A stretch of 64,000 nucleotides of DNA, from the NCBI GenBank assembly GCA_965153285.1, contig OZ229111.1; one strand, written 5' to 3'. Origin of the DNA: Podarcis tiliguerta. Taxonomy: Eukaryota. Position 1 is the stretch's first letter, and each line of letters begins with the position of its first letter. The notes below the pieces were generated by a model. It worked only from the letters and a program-made list of their open reading frames with translations. It was not told where the DNA came from and made no database searches. The translations under genes and the position numbers were made by a program. Positions 49,081-61,900 of this stretch are shown here, piece by piece.

Positions 49081-52000
49081 TTCCTAATAGCCACCGGACT
49101 GGGCAATAGGGGGAACTTTTCATGGGGGAAACTGCAGCAGAGAGAGACTCAGGGACAGAGATGGCTAGTGTTGGCTGACTGGTGATGATCAAAATGTGCC
49201 CCAACTGCAAGTCCTGGTTCAAAGAGAATAGTGTGGCCACCAGTCCACACTTACGGGGGATATATGTGTGCGCACGCGTGTGCAGTGCCGGATTTACGTA
49301 TAAGCTAACAAGCTACAGTTTAGGGCCCCATTCTCTTGGGGGCCCCCCAAAAAATAAAGGAAAAAAACCTGGATTTCCAAAATATATACTTCTTCTTAAT
49401 TGTATTTCAGTTCAATAATTACTTTGATAAAATACATATTTTGTTATGTGCAAATGGCTTTAGATACCTATTAGGTCCGTAAATTACCATATAGCATATA
49501 AGCAACACAAAAAAGAGCAACACTTTGTTGTTGACAAAGGACAGCTGGACATATAAAGGGCCCCATTACCTTCAGCAGCTTAGGGCCTCCTCAAACCTCA
49601 ATCCGGTCCTCTCTCTCTCTGTGTGTGTCTTACTGCATATAGGTGCTCAAAACAGAAACAGGGGCGCTTCAGCGTTGCAGCAGTGACTTGCACAGAGTTT
49701 AAAAAATGCTTCTGAAACAAAGAAAGTGGTGAGCTGTTGCTGTAGTGTGCAGGGTGACCTTGCTCATAGGCACTTACACTTGGCATATCTTGCTCTGTAT
49801 ATTGACCTGGAGACGTTTGGGGCAGGATTTAACAGTGTTGTTGCATGTACTGAATGAAGTCCGCATATGCAGCAGGACTTCCCAACCATATACTCACCCC
49901 ACCCCCTAAATATGCACTGGATGATTGGGTGGGCCCCCAGAACAGCATTAGGGGGGGCAGGGGGGAGTATAGTTGCATGAGCAGACCTCATGTTGTACAT
50001 GCATATAGCCTACTTAGCACTACATTGAATTCCACCCTAAGTATACAAAGCATGTGTGCTGTCACTTAGCTAGAAACCTTCCCCAACACATATCCATCAC
50101 TTTTTTAAAACGGACACATGAACATGCCAAGAAACACAGGGCAGTTACAACTTTTTTATAAAACAAAGTTTTTAAAAGTTTACAAAATAGTATTAGCAGC
50201 TTGTGTTGCTGGTCACTAATGATTTCATGGGTATATAGAAAGCACTCATCCTTGCAGCATACAGAAGTACAATATATAATTTTCACAACAAAGTAATGTA
50301 ATAGGAGTGCTTGGAAAATCAAGAAAGATGTGACTGAGTAACCTTTAGGTGAGATGTTTTTCCTGAACTGTGAGAGAACAGTTTTGGAGACTAGCACCAT
50401 TTCTTTTTCCACAGACACTAGAGCATGTTCAGAAAATGTTTGGCCTCCAGATGTTACTTAAATATGACTCCCTTTATCCCTGGCCATTGGCCATGCTTGC
50501 TGGAGCTGATAGGAGTTGTACTTCAGCAACATGTGGAGGACTAAAGGTTCCCCACACCTAAACAACTCCAGGCTTGTTGGCTTGAAGCTGCACAAAGCCT
50601 TATTAGTAGCAGAGAAACTCCCATTGATGTCTTACTCCTTATTTTGATATGGTGGTGGATAAAGCTAATGTTTTATTTTCAAGCATAATTTAAAATGTTT
50701 TCTTTCCACCATAATGGGAATTTTTACTTTATAGATACAAACCTCCATCCACAGAGAATAACCCTACCCTGGAAGACCCCACACCAGACTACATGAATCT
50801 ACTGGGAATGATTTTCAGTATGTGTGGCTTGATGCTGAAGGTGAGTATTGCAGTGCTTGGCCTTTTGACTTCAGGACATGCAGAACATTAGCTGAGCAAA
50901 TTAAGCACAAGATTCTACCAGCTGCTTGTTGTCTTGTAATTATTACACTGCTGTTGGATTGTATAATTTTGAAAATCATATAATCTCTGGAAGGTAATCT
51001 GTCATCAACAACCCCAGGTTAGTTTAATGTGCCTAACAGACCTGGATTGAGCATCTTATTCTAGTAGTAAATGACACAGCTTCTTTTCCTTTCTGTCGGA
51101 TTAACTGCATAATATTCCTGTGCTTAAACCTTCCCTATTTCCCTGCTATTTTAGTCTCTCCAAGGAATGCTACCCAACTGCTAAACAATTCTTCGCAATA
51201 GTCAGATAAGAGAACAGTGCACAGATGATGAACATTTATTGGGCCCCAAAGGCTGATGAATCAGTTGAATGTTGAGAGTGAATAATGATTTCATGATGTT
51301 TCAATTCATGTTAGCTATAGAGTCTAATTTGCAATTACTTATAAAGATCTCTGAGTCAGAGTGCTTCACTTTTCTTCTAGATAAGAGAGGTAGTAACACC
51401 TGTCAATTGTAGAATAAGAGTCTGAAATGATATCAAGTCATTGAACAATGGCATTAGTTAATAATTGTAATAATTGTAACAATTACAATGTGATTCAACC
51501 ATAAACTCCAAATTAAATAATCCATTTAAGTATATGGTATGTCAAATCTATGCTAATATTAACAGATGCTTATAGTTCATCCAGAAAAGTATAAAATCTT
51601 ATGACAATGTATATACATATTATATTAATTTAAAGAGCATTTTATTTTTCATTAAGACTTTTACGAATGATAGCATTTAATGAAAAATATACAGAAAGAC
51701 TTACTCTGTAACAATATATTGAGAACTGTATGGTAATATATGTGTCTTTGAACCTTAAAAATGGCCAGTAAATGACTTAAATTTCCATTTGATTTTGTTT
51801 ACTAACAAAACGTGGAACTAAAGCAGGGGTAGGCCGGATGCGGCCCTGTCGCCTTCTCAATCCAGCCCATAGACGGTCCAGGAATCAGCATGATTTTACA
51901 TGAGTAGAATGTGTGCTTTTATTTAAAATGCATCTCTGGGTTATTTGTGGGACATAGGAATTCGTTCGTTTTTGTGTTGTTTTTTTTCAAAATATAGTCC

Positions 52001-53988
52001 AGCCCACCACATGGTCTGAGGGACGGTGGAACAGCCCACGGCTGAAAAGGGTTGCTGACCCCCGAACTAAAGGGACTTTCCGACTCTTTTATTCTTGATC
52101 TTTCTTGTATGTTGCACAGTTCCGATTCACAACTAACATTGTTTTTTTCTGACACAGAATTACAAAAGCTGGCTCTTTTGTAGTTAGTTTTGAGTTTATA
52201 TTATATAGGTGAACACTCTAGATATTTGAAATGCCCATGGACAATGTGCTATCATTTGAGAGGTCTGAATGCATTAATATGACTTTAATTTCATAGTTCC
52301 CTGGAAATCAAATATATTTGATTATTAGTGTGTCCATTTACTTTGAATGAGCTCCATGTCTTTAAAACTGAAGACAATTCCTCAAGGGGAAGGGTCGTAA
52401 GCTCAGTAACTTCTACTTTTCTCCCAAGTTCCATCCCTGAGGTAGGGACTGAAGTGTCCCCTACCTGAAACCCTGGAGAGTCATTGTCAATCATTGTAGA
52501 CAATACTGAGCTAGACGGAGCAATAGTCTGACTCACCGTAAGGAAGTTTCCTATGAATTGAGTAAAGAAACAAGGCAGAGTGCTTATCATGGTTTTACAC
52601 TTTTACTAAGGAATAAATAGTATTGCTTAATCCTTGAGACTTCATTAAAGCTTTCACTACATTACTCTGTGCTGTTTGCAGCTAAAGTGGTGTGCCTGGA
52701 TTGCGGTCTACTGTTCATTCATCAGCTTTGCCAATTCTCGGAGTTCAGAAGATACCAAACAGATGATGAGCAGCTTCATGTGAGTCAGGTTCTTTTACTT
52801 CTTTCAGCCTTTCACTGAATCCTGTGTTAATTTCTTACTGCTGCCAAGTCTACTTTGAGACGAGAAGCACACAGCTGCTTTCCCTTTGCCACAAACAGTA
52901 TGCAGTTGCACATGGAAAGTTAAGGGTACAGCTCTTGTGTGGAAACTTCAACCAGCATCTCTTGCCCAGAAACTATTGCTCTGAAAGATTATAAAGCTCA
53001 AGGCAAGCCCCACCCTGAGGATCCCTTCATTGGAATGAAAACGAGTGGCCTGGCACCTTGAATACCCACAATGGAACTCTTGGATGTAACTAATCCAATC
53101 TCCCCCACGCCCAAATCCAGTCTGGGCTAATTTCTCTAGTTATATTTAACCTACCACACTTTTGCTGCTTGTCTCAGCAGATTAATCATTGGTAAGAATA
53201 CTTATTCCTTTTCCTCCTAATCTAGTCAACCTCATTTTGGGGTAGCCTTAATCATTCAGACCTTGTAATAACGTATTCACAGATAAATATTTATTCTGCC
53301 TTTTTCTTAATGAGTTCCATTCTTTCTGATGAAGTCATTTACTTCCCAGAAACCTTGAAGTGTTGCTTCACTTGCCAGGCTAGGGCTGGGGGGCTGGGGC
53401 TCTCCAGATGTTGGGTTCTAAGCCACATCAGCCCCAACCAGCATGGCTAGTGGTCAGGGATGTTTATAAAGTTGCAGTCCTCCAGATATTGATAGACTAC
53501 AGGCTTCACATCCCTGATCCCAAGGATCCTAGTGTACATTCTAGCTCACTTTAATATGGCTATGGTGCTAATTTTCTGAGCCAGCTCTATCTGTGGCTGG
53601 CTGTTCATTCTTTGGGAATTGGGCTAGCGGCTGCAGCAGAAAGAGGTTCCCCTTGTACCAGACTCATTCCCCAGTCCTCCATTGTCTCTGAGGGATGCAC
53701 ACACAGGACACACATTCAGGTTCAAACTCAAGTCAAATACACAGTTCCCAAGCAAGCTTAGTAACACATCCCATATAAACTTTTTAAATTGAATACACTG
53801 AACACACTGAGATTCTTTGGTCACACTTGTAATTCATTCTGTTGACATTACTATTTGCATTGCTATTATTAGTGTAATATTAACATTCCTGCCCTGATTA
53901 TAACTCCTGTCTTCTTTTCAGGTTGTCTATCTCGGCTGTAGTGATGTCCTATCTGCAAAACCCACAACCCATGTCTCCTCCTTGGTGA
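48802..53988 (+). CDS. WDR83OS: PAT complex subunit Asterix (WDR83 opposite strand), 106 aa
   Basis: Exons 48802-48851, 50735-50840, 52682-52779, 53922-53988 (321 nt). Translation [112 protein letters not shown] at 54117-54122. Confidence 0.97.
49283..49611. mobile_element. Non-autonomous DNA transposon (hAT-like)
   Basis: Ends CAGTGCCGGATT...AATCCGGTCCT with subterminal TAGGGCC motifs. No clear TSD. Confidence 0.55.
51824..52064. mobile_element. hAT MITE
   Basis: 8-bp TSD AACTAAAG (51816-51823, 52065-52072). Ends CAGGGGT...ACCCCCG. Confidence 0.8.
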
Positions 53989-55619
53989 AAGGTTATTGCC
54001 TCTCTTCAGAGCTCCTCTTGCAAAACAGAGGTGCACACCCTCAACAGAGAGGACTATTTTCTCAGGCAATGCAGATCCATTTGCACATGTCTTGGGAGTA
54101 CTCATTTTGCTGCATTAATAAAGTGATGGTTATTAGAGATGCTTTGGCTACATTGCCAACTTGGCTTAGTGTGTTAATACGTAATGCATTTCACTTGAAC
54201 TGTAGTTTAGTTCTTAGCCAACCAAACATCTGCAGTGTGCTCTGACTGTACTTCCTGTACTGTTCGGGTTTTCTGCCCAGTTAAAAAAAGGAAATACTCT
54301 TATTCAGAATAACAACATCCTTAACTTTTACAAACCAATTAAAAGAAGCATCTGCTTTTAGAATCAAGTACTGAAGCCAATTAGCGTACCACAGAAATCA
54401 TCTCTTGGGAAACTCATTTGTGCACATATCTCTGTACTGCTAGGTAACTTCCCACTATAGCCTGTAATCAGAGCAGGAGTGCTGTACAGTAAAGGCATTT
54501 CGTCAGACAACTTCCCACATCTAGCCCTGTATTCTGAAGGTGTCCGAGGCAGCAACCTTGCTCAATATTGATTTTATGTTAAAATCTTTGGATTTATTTG
54601 CAGCGTCTTTACCATGCTCTTCAGCTGAAAAACAGTGCATTGAGCAGCTTGCACCTGTTTGTATATGTGTATTTTTGCACATATAATGAATGTGATTCAA
54701 CAAACGATTTAAAACAATAACAAAGGATTGTTTTATGCAAAGCATATTTTGTGGGTGATTAGTCAGATTTGTACTAGACTTTGAGTTTAGAATGAGGTGG
54801 CAGCAGTAAATGAAGTGAATGATTTTGCACTATTAAGTCTAGTATTACCTTTTACATAAAGCGAGAACAATCAAACAGCAAGGGAAAGACTGCAGCATTA
54901 TTCTTCTCACTTGCTTTAAGGCTCTTTGGCTAAGTGCCAGGGAATGGGATGCAGCTGTTGATTCAGGCGCTCTCTTCCCTCTCCCCATTTTTTTCTAGGC
55001 TTTCTGCCTTCCAGACAAATCCTCCTGCATATCTTTGTGAGGAGGGGGGGACGCTTGACTGGTCTGGGGGAGTGGTAGAGCTGGAATACCAAGCAAGAGG
55101 GGCTGCGCTCCCAGACTGGGAGGGAATCCAGCCTGGGAGGGCCTGTTGTAGGGGGCTGGGATCACAGGAGAATTTGAAGGGGCTGTCAGTCATGGGAAAC
55201 GGGGAAAGGTTTGCTTAGTTTATAGTTGTGCCGCTGCACAAAGGATGGAAAGGCCCTCGGGTAAGTATCTCAGGACAGATGCCCTTCCGATCACTTTAAA
55301 TTGATAAAAAGTTGTGGTTGGTCACGTATTTTAACTGGCTTTGCTAATATCACCGAACCGTGCCAGGCAAAAATTAAGCGAAGCTTTCTCTAGCATGGCA
55401 GATAAAGCTTCGCCTGCTTCAATTCCGTACAGTGTCGCTCTGCGGTTTAGAGTACAAAAGCAGGAGTGGTACACGCAGCAACAAAAGGGGGCGACTTCAG
55501 ATTAGCCAACTAAAATTACCCTCGCCAATCTCCCCACTCCATGCTATCTTCGAAGCGTTGGAGGAAATTCTAGCGTTGTAGGGAGCCGGGGGACTGGCAA
55601 ACAAGCTTACTCAGAAGCA

Positions 55620-56400
55620 AGAGGGTGCGAGCCGGGAGAAAAAAATGGGTTTTCCTTTCTTCGCACGGCGTCGGCGCTCTAAATCGCGTTGACCTGGGGC
55701 AGAACCTCTCTAGACCAGAAAGACGAGTGTGTTTGGGAAGCGGGCGGGAAAGGATCGTGTGGATTCGTGAACGCCCGCCCACCGGCTTTGTTTTGAATAT
55801 ACATTGGAAACCATTTCATCCGATCGCGACTTCTGCGCCTTTAAGAGAGTCGAAACCCCCCGCCGCCACCGCCGCTCCCTTCCCCTCCCCGATCTATTTT
55901 GGCTCGGCGCTGCTTTCATTTCCGCCTTCCTGTTCCGCAAGTGGTGCCAGGAAATTCCCCGCTTCCGCGCTGGCCGGGCAGGAGCCGGGGGCGGAGCGGA
56001 GGCCGCGTAGCCGGTGCGGAATGCAGCCGGAGGGGGCAGGCGCAGGCTCCAGCTTGTCCTCTTAATCGCACACGCCACCCAGGAGGCTTAGGGAGGCCGG
56101 CCAGAGGCAGCGTATCCCTCCGCCCTGACCTACATTTCCCGCGCTCCCGAGACTTCCCTGCAAGGGCGGGGAGCCGAACACCTGGATCCAGACCGCCGTT
56201 CACACGTGACGCCGGGCCCACGAGAGGAACAGGGGGCGACTTTGCACGCGCCTGTGTGGGCGCTGCCGGGACGCCGCAGACCCGCAGGCCAGGAAGGCGT
56301 TGCTATGGCGTGCAAACATTGCGTCGCAGCGGCCTTTGAAGGCGGCTCCGCGTGTGCGAGATAGATCCTTGCCTGCCTGGCGTCTTGTTTAAACGGGGCC
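55620..56400. promoter_or_regulatory. CpG island with promoter motifs, target gene not identified
   Basis: High CpG density. ETS cores ~55918-55938, ZNF143-like CTACATTTCCC 56130-56140, E-box CACGTGAC 56203-56210, GC boxes. Confidence 0.65.
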
Positions 56401-57822
56401 CTGATGCTGGTATTTAAGGCACCCCCAGGACGTCTGATGCCTGACTTGGAAGCTCGGCTCCTTAGCTCCACATGGCTGGGCTGTGGTTGCTTCGTAGTGA
56501 AGGAGGCTCCCTCTTCGCATTGTTAAAGACCCTGCCCTTAATAGGTTGTTTCTCACGTTCGTAGGCTGCAACCTTGACAGAAAAAACCAGATTTAAGAGA
56601 GCCGAGCCCACATGTTCCAGTGCCCAGCCTTGGTTCAAATAAAGACGTGGTGGTTTTCCCCAAAACGAAGGGAGAGTATCCAGTTCATGGAACTACTGAA
56701 GAATACTCCTGAGTTGTTTTTCAAAAGAACGGGGCTATTTATTTTATCTTACTCAGAGCAGTGAAGCTTGTTTGATGAACGGCTTACGTGTGGAGAGACC
56801 TTTGCCCTGCATGCAGTAAACCTAGTGTCCTCCCCTACAGCACTCTGGAACTGAGCTAACCACCAGGAAACACTGGTGGAGTGCGTGTTTGGGTGTAGCA
56901 AGGAAAGATAACCAGCGCCCAGTTGCGATATTAGTGTCTGAATGACTGTGTGCTTTGTATGCAAACGGTCCCAGGTTCACTCCAGGTAGGCCTATTAAAA
57001 ATTATTGTGTTAAACCACGAAGAGACACTGCCAGTCAATGTGTGCAGACCAGAGTTTTCCAAACTGTGTCGTGACAGACGCATTAGTGTGTCGGCCGCAC
57101 TGTGTAGGTATGTCACACAAACACTCCTCACGCTCCTCCTCAGGCTGCAAAGGGGTTCATTTAACCTCTGCTTTGCTAGTAAAATTGAATTAACGTGCTG
57201 CAAAATAATGGATGTCTAAAAAGTGTGTCAACAACATGAAAAGTTTGGAAAGCTCTGGTGTGGACCTACATGGATTTGATATGAGGCTGCTTCCTATAAA
57301 CAAGAAGACTGTGACAATTATGTGTAAAAAACTTGAATATAGGCAAGATCAGCATAGTGACCATACACAGCAGCTGTATGGTAGTTAAGAAGCAGGAAAA
57401 AAAGTGCTATGAGCAAGAGGCACCCATTTGTTTGGATGACACCTCCCCGCCTGTACCCCTGACTTCCTAACAGACAGCAGAGGGCAAGCGCCAGGGATGG
57501 GCGATGTTGGCTGCACAGGAAGAAAAAGGGAAGTGGCTGTTGGAGGAGGGTGGGGAGCTACTGCTTTTGGGAAAGAAGGAAGGAAGGAAGGCAGCCTCAC
57601 CCTATCAATGCTGCTTCCTCTTCATGTCTGCCGCCACCAGAATGGGCAGTGCCAGCATTACTGATTTACACTAAAGTACAAAACACTGTTTCTGTTTACA
57701 TACTTAGTACAACAAATACCTAAACTTACGTTTTAGAAGACATCTGTAGGAAGCCCTGTTGAGGGAGGTTTTTAAGGACTGGTGTTTTTATTATGTTTTC
57801 AGATATGTTATAAGCTGCCCAG

Positions 57823-58180
57823 GAGGGACGCGGGTGGTGCTGTAGGTTAAACCACAGAGCCTAGGACTTGCTGATCAAAAGGTTGGTGGTGCGAATACCC
57901 ACGATGGGGTGAGCTCCTGTTGTTCGGTTCCTGCTCCTGCCAACCTAGCAGTTCGAAAGCATGTCCAAGTGCAAGTAGATAAATAAGTACCGCTCCGGCA
58001 GGAAGGTAAACGGCGTTTCCATGCGCTGCTCTGGTTCGCCAGAAGCAGCTTAGTCATGCTGGCCACATGACCCGGAAGCTGTGCGCTGGCTCCCTCGGCC
58101 AGTAAAGTGAGATGAGTGCCGCAACCCCAGAGTCGGTCATGACTGGACCTAATGGTCAGGGGTCCCTTTACCTTTACCTT
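57823..58180 (+). mobile_element. Full-length Sauria SINE
   Basis: tRNA-like head GGGACGCGGGTGGTGCTGTAGGTTAAA, Sauria core, (ACCTTT)n tail. 12-bp TSD TAAGCTGCCCAG (57811-57822, 58181-58192). Confidence 0.92.
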
Positions 58181-58523
58181 TAAGCTGCCCAGAGTGGCTG
58201 GGGAAACCCAGCCAGATGGACTGGGTATAAATAATAAAATTATTATTATTATTCCTAAAATCCATTATTTCATACAAAGACCTTAACTACACTTGCATTA
58301 CAGAGTGTTATGAGTTGGGGGGGGGGGCTATATGCCTGACCAGTGGCAGACTTTGGGTTCTCATATTTCAGTGGCACCCTGGGTGGCGTCAATAATTAGC
58401 ACCTATTTGCCTCTTGTGCTTCACTCTAAATCATAGTTGCTGCATCCTCAACGGTGCCCCCAAGGTTCTGCGCCCAGTGCTCCCCTAAATCTGCCTCTAA
58501 TCTGGCCTGACCCCACTTCTAAT

Positions 58524-58977
58524 TGTTGGATCCAGTACAGATTTAATTTCTGAAATAGCCAAGTTAGCTTCCCAGTAAGGTAATTAATTATGGGCCTTTA
58601 AGGTAACAAAGGAAGTGGCTCTGTGCTAGAAGTCACATGGGTGGGTTCCCCTCCCTCAACTCGCTGGTAGTTACAAAGACAAAGCCAGAGTTAGGTCTTG
58701 AGTTAAGTGAGCTAGAAGTTGCCTGGCTGAGCAGCTGGGAGACAGAGTTATGCCTGATTTCTGCTGGAATCTAAGTCTGTGGAGATGGGAGAAGCAAGAT
58801 TCTCTTGGGATGTTAATGCTGTGAACCCCTCCATCGTAGGCTCGGGTTGTATAGATGTGTGAATAAACCACACAACATAAAGACACGGCAGTCTCCACTG
58901 TCCCTCATTCCGAAGGAAACCAAGCCCTGGGTACCCTAGAATCTTGCACCACTCAGAGACTGGGGTGGCGTGCAACA
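58524..58977 (+). mobile_element. Probable solo LTR
   Basis: Terminal TGTTG...CAACA and internal AATAAA ~58862. No perfect TSD. Confidence 0.5.
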
Positions 58978-61900
58978 ATTTGCTCCTCCTTCAGACACAC
59001 TATTAGCACCAGTGCGCATGTGCTCTTTCTCCCTATACCTCTGGTCAGCAACTCAAATTTTGTTAGACGGCCACTTCAGAATGGAATAGGATTGGCAGGC
59101 CCAGAACCCCAAGCTCCATCCCCTAAAGTGGGCTGTCAGTGAAGCTTGTGACAGCTGCAACTCTCATCATGCTCCTCTTTTATCTCTTGCTTTGCATCTG
59201 AGTGGTCAGGCAGTGGGAAAGAAATTTGGCCAAGTGGTCATTAGTGGACACTTCTGCACTGCACACAAATACATATATTAAGGCACATTAATTACCACAT
59301 CACATATGCATACAATTTTTTCTCTCTCTCTTTTTTAAAAAAAGCCATGTTAGTATTTTCAATACACACACAAAACTACATGTCCAATACCTCACTGACA
59401 CAAGTGCAAGCCATAAAATGGTTTGCACACTTATGGCAAAAAGGCTTTTCACTTGTGCTGCAGGTGTTTGAGGACTCCCATCACCTTGTCCTAAATGTAA
59501 AACTCCCTAAGTCTTGTGTTTTGGAAGTAGAAGAAGCTGCTTTGTATGAACTTTTTGGATAAAAGTAGCAGCTGGCGGCCAGTTGTGAACTGAGCTTGTC
59601 TACAGGATGCAATTTCTGAGAAGCAAGATTAGTTTGGGGTCATTCCAGAGAAAGGAGGAAAGTCTGCCTGCTGGCTTTCTGCTTCTAAAGCCACAAGGCC
59701 TTATTATGATGAATGAAAACTGGAAGGAGGTGGAACTTTGAAAATGCCCAGAGGAAGACTGAGCAGTGGCAAACCAAATACAGATCACAGCATTCGGCCT
59801 TTTATGGGTCTTTGACTGAGAAGTTCTGCTTTGCTTCCAAAGTTTCACCACCCTTACAACCACTCAGTCCAGGCTTTTCCCAGCCAGATTGTTGTTTGAA
59901 CCCAACTGGCAGTGTGCCCAGGCCTGAACTCTGCAAGTGCCGCCCTGCTAGGGTGAGGGCAAAGAACAATCAGTATATTCCCAATGCCACCTCCCTAAGC
60001 TTGCGCCGCCAGCACTTTTGCATGTGCAGCCAGTGTGGGAAGGAGAAGGTGGAGCGGCAAGAAGAGAGATGGTCTCGGTAGCCTTGCAGCAGCAAAGGTG
60101 TTACCCAAGGTGGAAGGAGAGGCTCAGTCCAATCACCACTCTCCGCCCTGGCTACACTCTAGAGATGCAATCGGTGGGAACTGCGGGATACTCAACAGAG
60201 AGTCATATCTGGGCAGGAGGAATTGCAGTCTCTTCACCACCCTGCATAGTTTCAAAGTACATACAGCTCTCTCCCACACAATCCCAGTCACCTCAGTGGC
60301 TCCCAGCCAGCATGTACATAGCTTGTCAAAGACTGAAATATCTTTATAGGTATTTTATAACAGGACCGTCATGGCCTGCTGCTTCTATTTCTTGCCCGCA
60401 ATTCTTTCTCCCCATGAAACACATCCCTCTCCTCACTTCTTTCACCGTGGGATAAAATGACAAGCTGCTCAGGGTTGGGATCCCAGTTTGCCTGATTGAT
60501 AGAACTGACAATCCTGTTCTATTCTGAAAAGCAGAACCAGAAGAAATCTGTGCTTCATTTCCCTGTCTAACTATGTGGGCTTCCCTTCAGTGCTGGCAGA
60601 GGCACTCCCTTGTCCCCTTGGCAGGGAGCCATATTGGAACCCTGCCCCCCTACAGGGGGGGAAAAATCACTGTACTACAATAGCCACATTGGAAATTACT
60701 ACATTTTACATGACCTAAGTACAGTACTCAAAACATCCAGAGCGAAGGCAAAGTTAGGAGGAAGGGCAAATAAGTCCACACGCCTTTGTGCCACAGTGCA
60801 GGGTGGATGGGAAGCTTCTCACTTGTTTGATTTTGCTGTGAGACACATATATGGTCTGATAGGTGGTTTTTGCCCCTACTCCAGACCTGCACCCCTGGCA
60901 GGGGCCAGTTCCGCCAACCCCCAGGTACACCCCTGAGCACTGGAGACATAATTCCTGCTTTTCAATTTAGAAAACAGTTGGCAGACCGTTTCTGTTCCAA
61001 TAAGGGCTGGTTCTCTCACCCAGCTCCAAGGGCACATGGTAAACGTTCAAAGAGTCCGAGCTTGTAGCATAACCTGCTCTAGCTGTTTGCTTATGCAGCC
61101 TGCCTACAAAGCAGTTTCCCAGGGGTGCTAATTATTCCGAGGTGTGGCCCATAATTGCCCGGGTTGGAGCAATTTAATGAGGTTGTCTGGCTGCTTCCCT
61201 GCCCAGGATAATATCCCATAGTAATTCCACATGCTGAGGAGTGTAGTGGGATCCCAGACTGCCGCAGCAATGTGGCAGATCATGAGAAGCATAGCAAGGG
61301 TGCACTCACTCAGGTCAAGGGAAGCTGGGCAGGGAAAAACAACTCTGAATGAAAACCCTGAGCAACTCTGGAGGGCTGTATGCTTTTCAGACTTAACCCT
61401 CCATTCAGATTGGCTGGTGTATCACAAAGAGCAAGGACTGAGCCGTAGCTGAGGATAGATGGGAGATGGGGTTCTGGGCAGAAGGAAGTAATTGAAAATA
61501 TTGGCAGGCAGGAGTAATGAACTGGAATGGAGAGCTTGTTTTGACAGGGATCCATTGATCAGAGTAGTTGGGGAGGAGGGAGTTATTTATTTAAAAAGCT
61601 TACAAGCCACCATTTTAGCAAAGAACCCTCCTGTGGCAGCTCCCAACATTATGTCAACAGCATGTAATTCTTAATAAATGTAAAATGTACAACAACAACG
61701 CCATTAGAAACAGTAACCGGCAACAACATTGTAACACTCTACCCAGTAAAAATCACAAAAACAAAAGAAAATCACAACAATGTTACAACAGCCCAATTAG
61801 ACTCCTCCTTAGACATGTGGAAACATAAAGGCTTGCAGTGATGGGACCTGGCTTATCATGGGGCCACTGCCAAGAAGTCCCTGTCCCTTGTGGCCACCAG

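Noticed and set aside
54521-54624. SKVAASD peptide resembling the GNG14 N-terminus
   Set aside because: No initiator Met, no G-gamma core and no CaaX end. The frame stops within a few codons.
55625-56471. Arg/Gly/Pro-rich ORFs on both strands
   Set aside because: Typical CpG-island artefacts. No similarity to the recalled N-termini of MAN2B1 or DHPS.
59347-60455. Several 70-145 aa ORFs in the distal intergenic region
   Set aside because: No recognisable homology and no coherent splice-site chain.
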